Shown: positions 18,857 to 29,058, counted from the first letter of the whole stretch. The stretch is 63,564 nt of DNA, filler included, from Coriobacteriales bacterium (GCA_031263105.1; 6 parts of 6 records of this genome joined end to end with filler, not necessarily neighbours in it), one strand, 5' to 3'. Program-made: numbers and translations. Notes: a model not told the origin generated them from the sequence alone.

Positions 18857-19923
18857 TACCCAAGATCGACACCCAGTATCCTACGGATGGCGCACACGCC
18901 AAGAAGCTCCATCCCCGAGGCGACGGCCAGGATGGCAAGGCCCTGTGTGGAGGAGAAGAAGCTCTGGAGATAACCCTCCATCGCCATCGAGAGCACGGCG
19001 ACCAGCACCAAGGGCAGGATGATGACGATCCTTGCGGAAAGACGGGCCTGGGCGGTCTGCACGCCGAGCTGCCTGCGCAGGTCGGCCGATGCGAGCACCG
19101 CATCGGCGGCATTCTCCAAAAGCTCCTGGAGGCCGCCGCCGGTACGATGCTGGATCTCGAGCGAGACGAGGGCGAAGCGCAAATCCGCCGTCTTCGCCCG
19201 CGCCTCAAGGGCAGACAGCGCCTCCTCGATGCCCTTGCCTGCCCGGATGTCGAAGCAGACCTGCGTCAGCTCGGATCCCAACGGGTCGGAGGTGTCCTCG
19301 GCCACCTGCTCGAACGCCTGTTGCAGGGAGTAACCCGCATTGAAGCAGATGCCGAGCGAGCGCAGGGCATCCGGTATCTGCCCCACCAGCCGGCCCTCCC
19401 ACTGGTCGAGCACCTTCTGTGCCCTCCCGAACAGCAGGACGGCCGCCAGCACCGCAGCGCAGAGCGCCGTGACAGGCATCCCCGTGAGCACGAGCACTGC
19501 CAAGGCCAACAGGGAAAGGGCCACAAGAAGCGACTCGCAGACCGCCAGGTCGGCGATGTCGCCCGTGGCACGGGGACGGCCGGCGCCAAGGTCGAAGGCC
19601 GCATCGCCTGGGGCACCGTGGCCCTCAAGGCCCTTGACCTCCAAGGCCCTGCGACAGACATGGCACTTCTCATGGAGCCAGCGGACGCGCAACAGCAGGC
19701 GGGCAAGCGGCCTGAGCGCAGGAACGCCCCGCCGGGCCGGGCCGAAAGGAAAGGCGGCCCCGCGAGCGGCACGGGCATCCTTGCCGTCGATGAGCCGCGT
19801 CTGGAGGCGCGAGCGACGGAGTCCTTGGACGCCCTGCCCGAGGACGACAGGCAGGGCAAACGCCCCACAGAGGGCAGCGGCGACAAGGGAGACGGTCAGG
19901 ACAACAGCAGGGACGAACGCCAC
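18856..19923 (-). CDS. tadB: TadB (T2SS F-family) platform protein
   Basis: QIPDALR, IQHRTGGGL, TAQARLSA; GTG start inferred. Confidence 0.88.
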   Translation of the reverse strand: MAFVPAVVLTVSLVAAALCGAFALPVVLGQGVQGLRRSRLQTRLIDGKDARAARGAAFPFGPARRGVPALRPLARLLLRVRWLHEKCHVCRRALEVKGLEGHGAPGDAAFDLGAGRPRATGDIADLAVCESLLVALSLLALAVLVLTGMPVTALCAAVLAAVLLFGRAQKVLDQWEGRLVGQIPDALRSLGICFNAGYSLQQAFEQVAEDTSDPLGSELTQVCFDIRAGKGIEEALSALEARAKTADLRFALVSLEIQHRTGGGLQELLENAADAVLASADLRRQLGVQTAQARLSARIVIILPLVLVAVLSMAMEGYLQSFFSSTQGLAILAVASGMELLGVCAIRRILGVDLG

Positions 19924-21215
19924 GCTTCCACCTCGCCTTCCGTCAGGGAACAGGCCTGTGCGAGCACCGAGAGCCAGGGAGGCGCCGCGTGCCAGACATA
20001 GGCCTGCAAAGAGACGTCCCAGCTGACCAGGGGCATGAGCCTGACGCGCCCTTGCCGACCCTCGCAGCTGCACAGCTGCGTGACGCGGCGCCTGCCCGAG
20101 GCCGAGCGGTCGACCTGCACGATGAGGTCGAGCGCGGCGCCTATCTGCTCCTCGATGACCTCGACGGGCAGATCCATGCCGTAGCGCGCCATCATGACCA
20201 GGCGGGAGACGACGTCTGCGGGTGAGTTCGCATGCAGGGTCGTCAGCGAGCCGTCATGCCCGGTGTTCATCGCCTGGAGCATGTCGAGGGCCTCCGCCCC
20301 CCGGCACTCCCCTACAACGATACGGTCGGGGCGCATACGGAGCGCGTTGAGCACCAGGTCGCGGATGCTTATCTCGCCGTTGCCCTCGATGTTCCTCATG
20401 CGCGCCTCCAGCCGGACGACATGGGGGTGCACCGAAAAGCGCAGCTCTGCGGCGTCCTCGATGGTGATGACCCGCTCCCAAGGCGGAATCTCGACCGAGA
20501 GAGCGTTGAGCAGGGTGGTCTTGCCGCTGCCCGTGCCGCCGCTGACCGCGATGTTCCTGCGCCCTACCACCGACCAGCGCAGCAGTTGGGCTATCCGCGC
20601 CTCCATGCTCCCCTTGCCGGTCAGCTCTTCGAGGGTGAACACCTCGTCCCTGAACTTGCGGATGGTCAGGATCGGCCCATCGAGCGACAAGGGCGGAATC
20701 ACCACATTGACCCTGTGCCCCTGCTCCAGCCGTGCGCTCACAAGAGGGCACTGCTCGTCCACCCGCCTCCCTAAAGGCCCGACGATACGGTCGATCACCA
20801 TGCGGAGCTGCTGTTCGTCATCGAAGACGACATCGCTCGCATGCAGGCGTCCCTGCCGCTCAAAGAAGACGTGCCCGGGGCCGTTCACCATGATCTCGGT
20901 CACCGTTGGGTCGTCGAGCAGCTTCTCCAGAGGGCCCAGCCCCACGACAAGGTGCAGCACCTCCTGGACGAGGCAACGGCGCTGCTGGGCGTCCGTGCCC
21001 CTATAGCGCGCATCGAGCGTCAGCTGCTCAAGGACGGCAGACACCTCGCGCTCGGCATGCGCCCTGTCCCTCACGAGGAGCTGCGCTATGCGCTCACTGG
21101 ACAGCCTTTGGTACAGGGCGTCCTGCAGCTGCGACTTGCGCCCGCGCCATTCCTCGTCCAAACCCGCCTGCGCAAGGCTCCCGGGCATCTCCCGTAGGTA
21201 CTCAAGGAGCGACAC
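19896..21215 (-). CDS. cpaF: CpaF/TadA pilus assembly ATPase
   Basis: GGTGSGKTT, IEDAAEL, ALRMRPDRIVVGECRG, MNTGHDG. Confidence 0.95.
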   Translation of the reverse strand: MSLLEYLREMPGSLAQAGLDEEWRGRKSQLQDALYQRLSSERIAQLLVRDRAHAEREVSAVLEQLTLDARYRGTDAQQRRCLVQEVLHLVVGLGPLEKLLDDPTVTEIMVNGPGHVFFERQGRLHASDVVFDDEQQLRMVIDRIVGPLGRRVDEQCPLVSARLEQGHRVNVVIPPLSLDGPILTIRKFRDEVFTLEELTGKGSMEARIAQLLRWSVVGRRNIAVSGGTGSGKTTLLNALSVEIPPWERVITIEDAAELRFSVHPHVVRLEARMRNIEGNGEISIRDLVLNALRMRPDRIVVGECRGAEALDMLQAMNTGHDGSLTTLHANSPADVVSRLVMMARYGMDLPVEVIEEQIGAALDLIVQVDRSASGRRRVTQLCSCEGRQGRVRLMPLVSWDVSLQAYVWHAAPPWLSVLAQACSLTEGEVEAWRSSLLLS

Positions 21216-22686
21216 GGCGCGCCCCCTCGAAGAAGCCGCGCAGGGCGGCAAGGTCGAATATCCTCGCCTTGTGCCCCGAGGGCTGTCCCGAGGCCTGTCC
21301 CGAGGTCTGCCACAGCTCCCCTTCGACCAAGGACAGCGCCTGATAGCCCACCAGGCCGTCAAGGAAGTCCTCCAAGGAGGAGACGAAGGCATTGCCGCTC
21401 GTAAGCAGCTCCCACGGGCAGCCGAGCGCAAGCAGCTCGTCGACCAAGGAGCCGCCGTCGGCAAGCCCGCAGACCTCGACCCCGCCGAGGGCAAGGCTGA
21501 CGTCCTGCACCGTCAGTGCGGCATGCCTCCCGCAGCCGTTCAGCAGGTAGTGGAAGCGTGCCTGCGGCGTCTGGAGCCTGAGACAGAGGTCGACGGCCTG
21601 TTTACATGCCTCGATCGACGTCGCCCGCTGGTCCATGAGGAACACGAGGTGGTCGCACTGCTGCGCCACCTGCGCGTGGACGTCCATCCAAAACGAGCCG
21701 GTGTTGAGCACGACCAGGTCGCGTTGGGACGAAAGCCTGTCAAGCAGGGACGGGATGGCGGATACGAGCCGCTCGCCCTGTTCGGGCTGCTCGGGCGCGG
21801 AAACGAGCACGAGGCCGTCGTCCGGCAACGGGGGCATCTCCTGTTGGGCGCAGAGCTGCGCAAGCGGAAGGCGCCTGATGCGGCCCGCAGGCTCCTTGCC
21901 GGCCAGGTAGTCCATGTCCCCGAACTGCAAATCGAGGTCGACGAGCGCGACCGACATGCCGCGCCTCTGCGCCGCCAGGGCCGCCATCAGGGACACCGTG
22001 CTCTTGCCGACCCCTCCCCTGCCCGAGAACACCCCGACGATGCGCCCCTGCCCGGACGGGGGCGGCACCGGAACAGGCTCCGAGGCGGGCTTCGGGGAGG
22101 CCTCATGGACACGCACCGAAGCAGATCCAAGGACAGGCTCTGGGGAGGATGCCGGGGACAGCGCCATGGCAGGTGCCGGAACGGGCTCCGAGACGGGCTG
22201 CGAGGGGGGCTCCGGGGCGGACGCCGGAACGGGCTCCGGGGCGGGCACCCGGAACGGCACCCGGACAAACTCCGAAGCAGGCTCCGAAGCAGGCATCCCG
22301 ACAGGAACCATGCGGCCCCGGCCGACGGCAAGGAGCTTCTCCACCTGCGCGTGGTCGAGGATGCCCCGTATGCCCGCCCGGTACGCACGGTACGCCAGCG
22401 ACTCGGTCGGCACGTCCTCCATCAGATAGACGTCCCGCTCCGGTGCGTCCGCGCACAGGGCCGCCGCCAAGTTGATGGGCGTGACCGTCCCCGCGCCGTT
22501 GCAGACGACGACGGGCACCATGGAGGGCGTATGCCGCAAGACCGCGCGGCACTGCTCGCTTGACGCGAACATCGTGATGCTCCCCTTGTCGCCCATGCTG
22601 TCGCCCGACTGCCCGCCTCCCCCCAAGCTGCCGTCGCCTCCTTGGGAAGGCGGGGTGAACGAGTACGCGACCACCTGCTCATTCAT
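21202..22686 (-). CDS. cpaE: CpaE/TadZ-like ATPase
   Basis: Degenerate receiver domain, Pro-rich linker, GRGGVGKST, VDLDLQFGD. Confidence 0.85.
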   Translation of the reverse strand: MNEQVVAYSFTPPSQGGDGSLGGGGQSGDSMGDKGSITMFASSEQCRAVLRHTPSMVPVVVCNGAGTVTPINLAAALCADAPERDVYLMEDVPTESLAYRAYRAGIRGILDHAQVEKLLAVGRGRMVPVGMPASEPASEFVRVPFRVPAPEPVPASAPEPPSQPVSEPVPAPAMALSPASSPEPVLGSASVRVHEASPKPASEPVPVPPPSGQGRIVGVFSGRGGVGKSTVSLMAALAAQRRGMSVALVDLDLQFGDMDYLAGKEPAGRIRRLPLAQLCAQQEMPPLPDDGLVLVSAPEQPEQGERLVSAIPSLLDRLSSQRDLVVLNTGSFWMDVHAQVAQQCDHLVFLMDQRATSIEACKQAVDLCLRLQTPQARFHYLLNGCGRHAALTVQDVSLALGGVEVCGLADGGSLVDELLALGCPWELLTSGNAFVSSLEDFLDGLVGYQALSLVEGELWQTSGQASGQPSGHKARIFDLAALRGFFEGARRVAP

Positions 22687-23362
22687 CGAGGGCACCCCCT
22701 GGCAGCACAAGGTACAGATCCCTCGTGCGCGAAGCCGCTATCAGCTCCTGCGCAGTATCCGTCTCGACCGCCAAGGTCACCCAGGAGAGCCTTCCACGGG
22801 TGCCCGAGGCACCGAAGAGCCCCGAGTCGGCGCCGGATGCGGCCTGGGAGCCGTTGCTGGTCTCCAGGACAAGCACCTCCTCGGCTATCATCTCGACAAT
22901 CGAGGCATCGGCCGCATAGACCGTCACGAAGGTCCCTGCCTGGATCGCCCCACCGACCGCCAGCACGTCCTCGGAGGGAATGCTCACCGCACAGAGGCCC
23001 TCGGGCACATTCACGGGCCCACCCGTCTCCCCGAGCTTCGCGGCGACTATCGGCTCGTTCTTCATGAGGGGCACCACCGTCCGTTGCCCGAGCACCTCGC
23101 CCTGCTCGTGGAGTGCGCCCACAGGGAGCAGGTCGGCCAGCCAAAGCTGTAAAGAGACGTTCTCGCTCGAAAGCTCCTCCCCTACGGCGATGTCGCGCGT
23201 GGCGGTATAGACCTCGATCTGATCCCCTCCATAGGACGAGAGGGCCTGTTGCCGCGTCTGGGTCGCCTCAGCCCGCACCTCCGCCGCATACCAGGCCATG
23301 GAGGCTGCCGCGATGGCCCCGCAGGCAAGTGCGAGTATGAGCCGCTTCTTCGCCTTGATCAC
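22679..23362 (-). CDS. cpaB: CpaB/RcpC pilus assembly protein
   Basis: TM, SAF domain (ATRDIAVGE), AVGGAIQAG..V; GTG start. Confidence 0.85.
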   Translation of the reverse strand: MIKAKKRLILALACGAIAAASMAWYAAEVRAEATQTRQQALSSYGGDQIEVYTATRDIAVGEELSSENVSLQLWLADLLPVGALHEQGEVLGQRTVVPLMKNEPIVAAKLGETGGPVNVPEGLCAVSIPSEDVLAVGGAIQAGTFVTVYAADASIVEMIAEEVLVLETSNGSQAASGADSGLFGASGTRGRLSWVTLAVETDTAQELIAASRTRDLYLVLPGGALDE

Positions 23363-23703
23363 CGCTCGACCTTCCTGTCCTGTGCAAAAGGGGGTATCTG
23401 GACGTTCCAGAAGTATGCGCCCCTGTCCTGTGACCGAGGCTGAACCGCAGCGGAACGGAAGATGCCCGGACGATGACCCGGAACCGAACGGCCGCTGAAC
23501 GGGCGTGGAAGCCCCAGCCCACGGCCTCGCGTCAGCGATAATCCAAGAGGAACCTGTTGGGGAGAAGGGAGCGCCCGCCTCGGGCCGGCCCAAGAATCGA
23601 AGGGGCGAACGGCATATCGAGGGCACCGAACGGCATCCTCGCCCGCCCCTCGCCCGCGTATCGGGTATGGTGATGCAATGCAGGAATACGGAAGGGCAGC
23701 CCT

Positions 23704-24231
23704 ATGACCGACCTTTACGCGAGTATCGGGCAGCAGCTCGAGCCTTTCGCCGCCCATATGGCCGGCAACCCCCTTGCCTCGCTCGTGGCCGTCAAGGGGA
23801 TGCCCGGCAGGGCCGAGCGCGACGGCGGCACGCCCTTCAGCGGCGAGGACGGGTTTGCCCTCGACAAGGCGTTCGGCAGGCTCGGCTGGGGCTTCGGCAG
23901 CCAGGACACGCGTGTCTGGCTGGGCATACTGTTGCCGCCCGCCTCCGAGGAATCACCGAGGGGCGGCCGTTCCGCCCTCGACCTGCGCCTCGTCTGCGAG
24001 ATCGTCGACCCCTTGGCCATCGTCGCGCTCGACGAGCCGGCACGCATCGCGCTCATCGATGCCTTCGGGCCGTCCGAAGGCAGCCTCCCCACCGAGCTTG
24101 CGCCCGGCGCGGAGGCCCAGGCACTGGGCCGCCGTCTCGTGAGCGTGGAGGACTTCGAGGCCTCCCTGGCAGACGAGGCGGCCAAGCAGAAGGCCTGGGC
24201 GCAGCTGAAACGCTGCACCTTCCCCCAATGA
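23704..24231 (+). CDS. Hypothetical protein, possibly a degenerate UDG-like fold
   Basis: Good codon usage; GNP, PFSG, EIVDP..IVALD, KQKAWAQLK resemble family-4 UDG layout. Confidence 0.6.
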   Translation: MTDLYASIGQQLEPFAAHMAGNPLASLVAVKGMPGRAERDGGTPFSGEDGFALDKAFGRLGWGFGSQDTRVWLGILLPPASEESPRGGRSALDLRLVCEIVDPLAIVALDEPARIALIDAFGPSEGSLPTELAPGAEAQALGRRLVSVEDFEASLADEAAKQKAWAQLKRCTFPQ

Positions 24232-24355
24232 GGGCCGTCAGATGCAGACGGGGCGGAGGGCAGGGCAGGAAGGGGACAGGAGACAGGAAGAACGAGTTGA
24301 CGGAGTTGACGGAGTTGGCAAGGGTGACGGAGTCGACAAAGGGGCGGTATGTTTG

Positions 24356-25744
24356 TCAACCCGTCCGCGGCGGGCGGATAAGGAAGGCCGCGACGACGGC
24401 TGCCACCGCGAACGCCGCCAACAGGAGGAAGCCGTAGCGGTATGAGCCGCCCATGGTCTCGATGAGGCCTATGAGCGGCGGCCCGACGAGGGCGGCCGGG
24501 ACGAAGTCCATATAGGCGACGGCGAGGTTGCTCGCATAGTTCCTCTGCCCGTAAAACCGGTTCGTCACGGCCGCAAGCACCGTCGATATGGAGCCGAAGC
24601 CCAGGCCGACGAACATGTACCCGCAGAACACGAGGGGCACCGCCCGCATGCCGGTCGCCACGAACAGCAGCAGCGAGGCCACCACATACGCCACCGAGAT
24701 GCCGATAAGGCTCAAGCGGTAGCCGAAGCGGTCGAAGAACAGGCCCGAGCCCAGACGCCCCACGCCGTCGAACAGCGAGATGAAGCCCACCATGAAGGTC
24801 GCCAGATGCATGGCCGCGCCCACCTCGAGCGCTATCTGCTTGGCGTTTCCCATGACGGAAAGATAGGTCGCTGCGACCATGATCGACCAGAAGAACGTGA
24901 GGTAGAACACCTTTGTGCGCAGCATCTGGCGCGTCGTGTAGTCGCGTTCCTCGACCTCCTCGCCGCCCCAGGCCCCGCCGCCCCAGGCCTCGCCAGGGCC
25001 GTCCTTGTGCGCACGGAAGGGCAGGAAGGGCAGCCGGCGATGCACGCGGCGCAGCCCCACGGAGGACGCAGAGGGCGGTCGGGAAGGCTCCGCAGGAGAC
25101 GTGCGGGGCCGCCGGCCCGCCGCAGAGGCAGGCGGCGGCAGCGGCTGCCCTGGGGCAGGGATGCGCACAAAGAACGAGGCGGCGACCATCACGAGCGCCG
25201 TCGCCGCACCGATCGCGCGGAACGACCAGCGCCAGCCGAGTGCGCTTATCCCCATGCCTGCCACCATGCCTATGACGAGGCTCCCCAGCCCGAAGCCGAG
25301 GGTCAGAAGGCCGGACGAGGTCCCCACCTTGTCGGGGAACCAGCGGTTCACGCTGCTTAGGAACGCGTTGTGGGCCATGCCCGTGCTGCCTCCGACGGAC
25401 GCCCCGTAGGCGGCCGTCAAAACACCGAGCCCCTCGGCGGTCACCGAGGCGGAGACAAGGTAGCCGCCTGTCAGCAGGAACGCCGCAATGAGAACCGTCA
25501 CCTGCGGAGAGATGCGGCGCGTTATCTGGCTGCCGACAAGCCCGCCGACGCAGAACATCGCCATCGAGGTCGTCCACACCACCGCGAGCTGGGCGCTCGT
25601 CCATGCGAACTCCTCCTGGAGCGGCACTGCAAGGATCGACCACCCGTAGATGAAGCCCAGCAGCAACAGAGAGAAGGCGCCGATGGCAAGGTACAGCCAC
25701 CGGCGCCTCAATGCAGCGGAATACTCGAGCACGCGCTCGACCAC
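24356..25744 (-). CDS. MFS transporter, OFA-like family
   Basis: GFIYGWSI, WFPDKVG, 12 TM helices. Confidence 0.88.
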   Translation of the reverse strand: MVERVLEYSAALRRRWLYLAIGAFSLLLLGFIYGWSILAVPLQEEFAWTSAQLAVVWTTSMAMFCVGGLVGSQITRRISPQVTVLIAAFLLTGGYLVSASVTAEGLGVLTAAYGASVGGSTGMAHNAFLSSVNRWFPDKVGTSSGLLTLGFGLGSLVIGMVAGMGISALGWRWSFRAIGAATALVMVAASFFVRIPAPGQPLPPPASAAGRRPRTSPAEPSRPPSASSVGLRRVHRRLPFLPFRAHKDGPGEAWGGGAWGGEEVEERDYTTRQMLRTKVFYLTFFWSIMVAATYLSVMGNAKQIALEVGAAMHLATFMVGFISLFDGVGRLGSGLFFDRFGYRLSLIGISVAYVVASLLLFVATGMRAVPLVFCGYMFVGLGFGSISTVLAAVTNRFYGQRNYASNLAVAYMDFVPAALVGPPLIGLIETMGGSYRYGFLLLAAFAVAAVVAAFLIRPPRTG

Positions 25745-25751
25745 AGGGGCC

Positions 25752-26402
25752 CTACCTCCTCAGCGCCTTGACCTTGTCTCCCGGCACGCCCTCGGAATCG
25801 ATGTCGGCCTGCAGGGCCTCGATGACGGGCAGGACGCTTCGCAGGTCCTCAAGAACCTCCTGGTAGAAGCGCTTGCCGTCCTCCCATGTATAGACATACG
25901 GCTTGTACTGCTCGATGATGCGGTAGAAGCTCGCATTGTTGAGGAAGCGGCGCTCCTTGTACAGGTCGTCCAGATCCTTGCCGACCTCGCGCAGGTAGAC
26001 GGCGAACAGCTGCGGCAGCTTGTCGGGGTCGATATAGGTGTCGATGAACTCGGACACGACCGTCTCGTCGGCGAACTCCGCACGGAAGCGCTCGAGCATG
26101 TCCGCGAGCTTCGGCGGGGCCTGCGGGGCCTCTTGGGGATGCCCTGCATACATATAACCCTTCAGTATCAGGTCGACGCCGTGGGTGACCATGTACATCA
26201 AAGGAACCGTGGCGATAAAATCGCTCGTGCCGTACTCCAACTCCTCCGCCTGCTGCAGGTAGTCGCCGTAGACGCCCTGGCGCATGTAGGAGTCGATATT
26301 GCCGTCCTCGGCACCCATCTCGGCCAGCTTCTCTGCCAGCTGCAAAGCCTCACGCGCGGACATCCATGACGACTTGGCGTGAATATAACGATACGTTTCC
26401 AT
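25752..26402 (-). CDS. Hypothetical helical protein, weak HEPN-like motif
   Basis: C-terminal 216 aa of the listed ORF, from METYRY; PLMYMVTHGVDLILKG. Confidence 0.65.
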   Translation of the reverse strand: METYRYIHAKSSWMSAREALQLAEKLAEMGAEDGNIDSYMRQGVYGDYLQQAEELEYGTSDFIATVPLMYMVTHGVDLILKGYMYAGHPQEAPQAPPKLADMLERFRAEFADETVVSEFIDTYIDPDKLPQLFAVYLREVGKDLDDLYKERRFLNNASFYRIIEQYKPYVYTWEDGKRFYQEVLEDLRSVLPVIEALQADIDSEGVPGDKVKALRR

Positions 26403-26416
26403 AAGCTGCTTCCGTC

Positions 26417-27703
26417 CTACGAGAGCTCGTCTTGTATCTTCGCAAGGTCTGTGCGGTATGCCTTGCCGAACAGGAGGGCGAAGAGCAGCGCCACGACCGC
26501 CAGCACCGCAAGCAGCCCATAGACGGTCACGTCGCCCGCGTCCGCCGTGGTGGTGATCGAGCCGAACAGCGCCACGATGACGATGTTCAGGAGGGCCGCA
26601 GAGGCGATGTTGAGGTTGGCGATGCCCAGGTTCTTCGCGAAGCCGACCGCCCCGTACCGTTGCCGCGCATACGCCGAGGCCATGACCGGCACGCCCGAGT
26701 AGGGGAAGGCGACCAGGATGCCCGCGACCACATAGACGGGCCACAGCAAGGTCGAGAACGCCAAGGCAAGCCCTCCCATCGTCACGATGGCGAGAACGGC
26801 ACCGACGACCATGACGGGGACGAGGCCGAAGCGGTCGAAGAGCGCACCGTTGATGACGCGCCCCACGCCGTTGAGCGTGGAGACAAGCCCGACGAGCAGG
26901 AAGGAGAGGCCCGGGTCGAAGCCGGTCGCCACGGCACCCTGCTTCGCGGTGCCGATAAGGGTGAGGCCGCAGGCGATGACGATGGTCGCCCAGACGCAGT
27001 ACAGCCAGAACACCTTGGTCGTGAGGATGCCCTGCTGCTGGGTCGCAGACGCCTTGGGGGCGCCTGATGCGGCAGACGACGCCGCGCCGGTCAGTATCTG
27101 GTCGATGTTTGCGGGGGCAGGCTTGACGACGAGCGCCAGCGCAACCATGACAGCCATGCCGACGACGGCGATGAGGACGAACACCGCCTGCCACGGTATG
27201 ATGCCGAACAGGAACTCAGCCAATGAGCCGAAGATCAGGCTCGCGAGCCCGAAGCCCATCATCTGCACGCCGGAGGCGAAGCCTATCCTGTCGGGCCACC
27301 ACGGGTTGACCAGCGAGATGATGGCATTGTAGGCGATGCCGCAGCCCGAGCCCGCAAGGATGCTGTAGAACACGAACAGCGTCCACACGCCCCAGCCCGC
27401 GCCGACGGCGGTGAGCACGAAGCCGGCCCCCAGCAGAACGGCCGCGACGATGATGGCCAGTTTGGCGGAGGTCCTCTTTATGAGCTGGGCGCCGAACAGC
27501 GCCGAGACGCAGAACGCGAACATCGAAACCTGGAAGACCTGCTGAAAAAGCCCCTGGTACGCAGGGAAGTCAGTGCCGAGCGGGCTTGCGAAGATGGACC
27601 ACGCATAGATAAGCCCCAGCACCAAGAGGGTAAGGGTGGCAAACACCAGGTAGAGCATTCGCCTTGACTTGACGGTGGCAAGGGAGAGTTCTGTCGTACT
27701 CAT
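26417..27703 (-). CDS. MFS transporter, OFA-like family
   Basis: GLIYAWSIF, WWPDRIG, 12 TM helices. Confidence 0.9.
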   Translation of the reverse strand: MSTTELSLATVKSRRMLYLVFATLTLLVLGLIYAWSIFASPLGTDFPAYQGLFQQVFQVSMFAFCVSALFGAQLIKRTSAKLAIIVAAVLLGAGFVLTAVGAGWGVWTLFVFYSILAGSGCGIAYNAIISLVNPWWPDRIGFASGVQMMGFGLASLIFGSLAEFLFGIIPWQAVFVLIAVVGMAVMVALALVVKPAPANIDQILTGAASSAASGAPKASATQQQGILTTKVFWLYCVWATIVIACGLTLIGTAKQGAVATGFDPGLSFLLVGLVSTLNGVGRVINGALFDRFGLVPVMVVGAVLAIVTMGGLALAFSTLLWPVYVVAGILVAFPYSGVPVMASAYARQRYGAVGFAKNLGIANLNIASAALLNIVIVALFGSITTTADAGDVTVYGLLAVLAVVALLFALLFGKAYRTDLAKIQDELS

Positions 27704-27772
27704 GCATTGGCTCCTAACTGACCGGTCGCTACGTCCTGAGACACCCTACACGAAATTCAAAGCTGCCTGCCA

Positions 27773-27813
27773 AAGCTGCCCGGAGGGGCACCCTCGATGC
27801 CCCTCCGGGCAGC
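27773..27813 (-). terminator. GC-rich hairpin followed by TTT
   Basis: GCTGCCCGGAGGGGCA/TGCCCCTCCGGGCAGC 16-bp stem. Confidence 0.65.
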
Positions 27814-27817
27814 CTGG

Positions 27818-28000
27818 TCACCGTGTCCCCGGTGTGACCCTCTTGGCCTCCGTGTGCACGATGACCGCACCGCACTTCTTGCAGACCTTCGCGCTGGGGC
27901 TGTTGAAGGTCTTGCATTCCTCGCAGTAGCCTCGCGGCACGATCTTCGTCTCGAAGCCGCCTTGGCACCTCCCGCAGCCGGAACACCCGTACCCGCACAC
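27818..28000 (-). CDS. 60-aa Cys-rich double Zn-ribbon-like miniprotein
   Basis: [11 protein letters not shown] plus CEEC..CKKC; AAGGAGG RBS before GTG. Confidence 0.72.
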   Translation of the reverse strand: MCGYGCSGCGRCQGGFETKIVPRGYCEECKTFNSPSAKVCKKCGAVIVHTEAKRVTPGTR

Positions 28001-28188
28001 GATACCCCTCCTTCACAGGGCCTTCACAACCCAAGAAAGGGCCCACGCAACAACGGAAACTGTCACATGGGCCCGTTCCCTTCTCAAGATGCCGCGACAC
28101 GATGGGGGTGCCTCTGCCGAACATGGCATACGCCGACACGAATCCCTCGCGGCCAGCTACTCGACGTACAAGAGCAGACGCAGGTCTT

Positions 28189-28533
28189 TCAGACGCCAGG
28201 GGCGCCAGGCGGCCTGGGGGCGCCGGGGGCACCCGGGGCACCGGGGGGCCTGGGGGCGCCGGGGGGCCTGGGGGCACCGGGGGCGCCGGGAGGCCCGGGC
28301 GGCCTGGGGGCGCCGGGAGGGCCGGGCACGCCGGGGGGCTTGGGCATCCCCGGAGGGCCGGCGGCACCGGGTGCGCCGCCTCCCCCATAGCCCATCTCTT
28401 CTGCATACTTGGCAAGATCAGCCTTGCAGAAGGGACACTTCTTCATGACGACGCCGCCGATGGCCTGGAGCTTCTTTCCGCACTCAGGGCAAATCGGGTC
28501 GGGCAAATCGACACCTGCTGGCCTGAAACACAT
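28189..28533 (-). CDS. Zn-ribbon miniprotein with Pro/Gly repeat tail
   Basis: MCFRP, CPEC..CPFC, then PPG/APG repeats. Confidence 0.75.
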   Translation of the reverse strand: MCFRPAGVDLPDPICPECGKKLQAIGGVVMKKCPFCKADLAKYAEEMGYGGGGAPGAAGPPGMPKPPGVPGPPGAPRPPGPPGAPGAPRPPGAPRPPGAPGAPGAPRPPGAPGV

Positions 28534-28609
28534 ACTCGGTCTCGCTTTCTGTTCGTCCGTCTTTCACTGGTCTTTTGAGCTCGGCCTCTATCCTCGTTTG
28601 GGACAGCAC

Positions 28610-28873
28610 CTATTCTATCTTAGTCCCTCCGATGATGCCAGCATCGTCGGCCTTCTCGTTCCCGGAAAGACGGGTGGTCTGATACCCGCGCATCGGCTTT
28701 ATCATAAAGCTCTTTCTCGGCGGCACATAGAAGATACCGACCTTGCCAAGACCAGCCTTGTCGGTTCCGAGCTCCGCATAGACGTCATCGGGGGACTTTC
28801 CGGCGGCCAACTGGTCGTTGAGCCACTTCCCCTGCTCCTCAGTCGCAAGCTCGATGAACTCGTTTAAAGTCAT
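28610..28873 (-). CDS. Hypothetical 87-aa protein
   Basis: GGAGG RBS; co-oriented downstream of the Fe-S subunit. Confidence 0.65.
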   Translation of the reverse strand: MTLNEFIELATEEQGKWLNDQLAAGKSPDDVYAELGTDKAGLGKVGIFYVPPRKSFMIKPMRGYQTTRLSGNEKADDAGIIGGTKIE

Positions 28874-29058
28874 TGCAAACCTCCCTGAGTCTCATGTATA
28901 TTCCCTGTTGACTATATAGTAACAGAAAATACCAAGTTTCAGAGATCGTTTCAGACTGCCTGTCTGCCTCCAATCTTTCTCGTCATGTGCCACTACCTAA
29001 GGCCTTCATGTCTCGGGGCAAGCCCAAAGAACACAGTCTGAAACAATCTCTCGTTATG

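Noticed and set aside
27773..27820. TGA plus hairpin as Sec/SECIS readthrough
   Set aside because: The hairpin is followed by TTT and fits a terminator; no Cys-equivalent context
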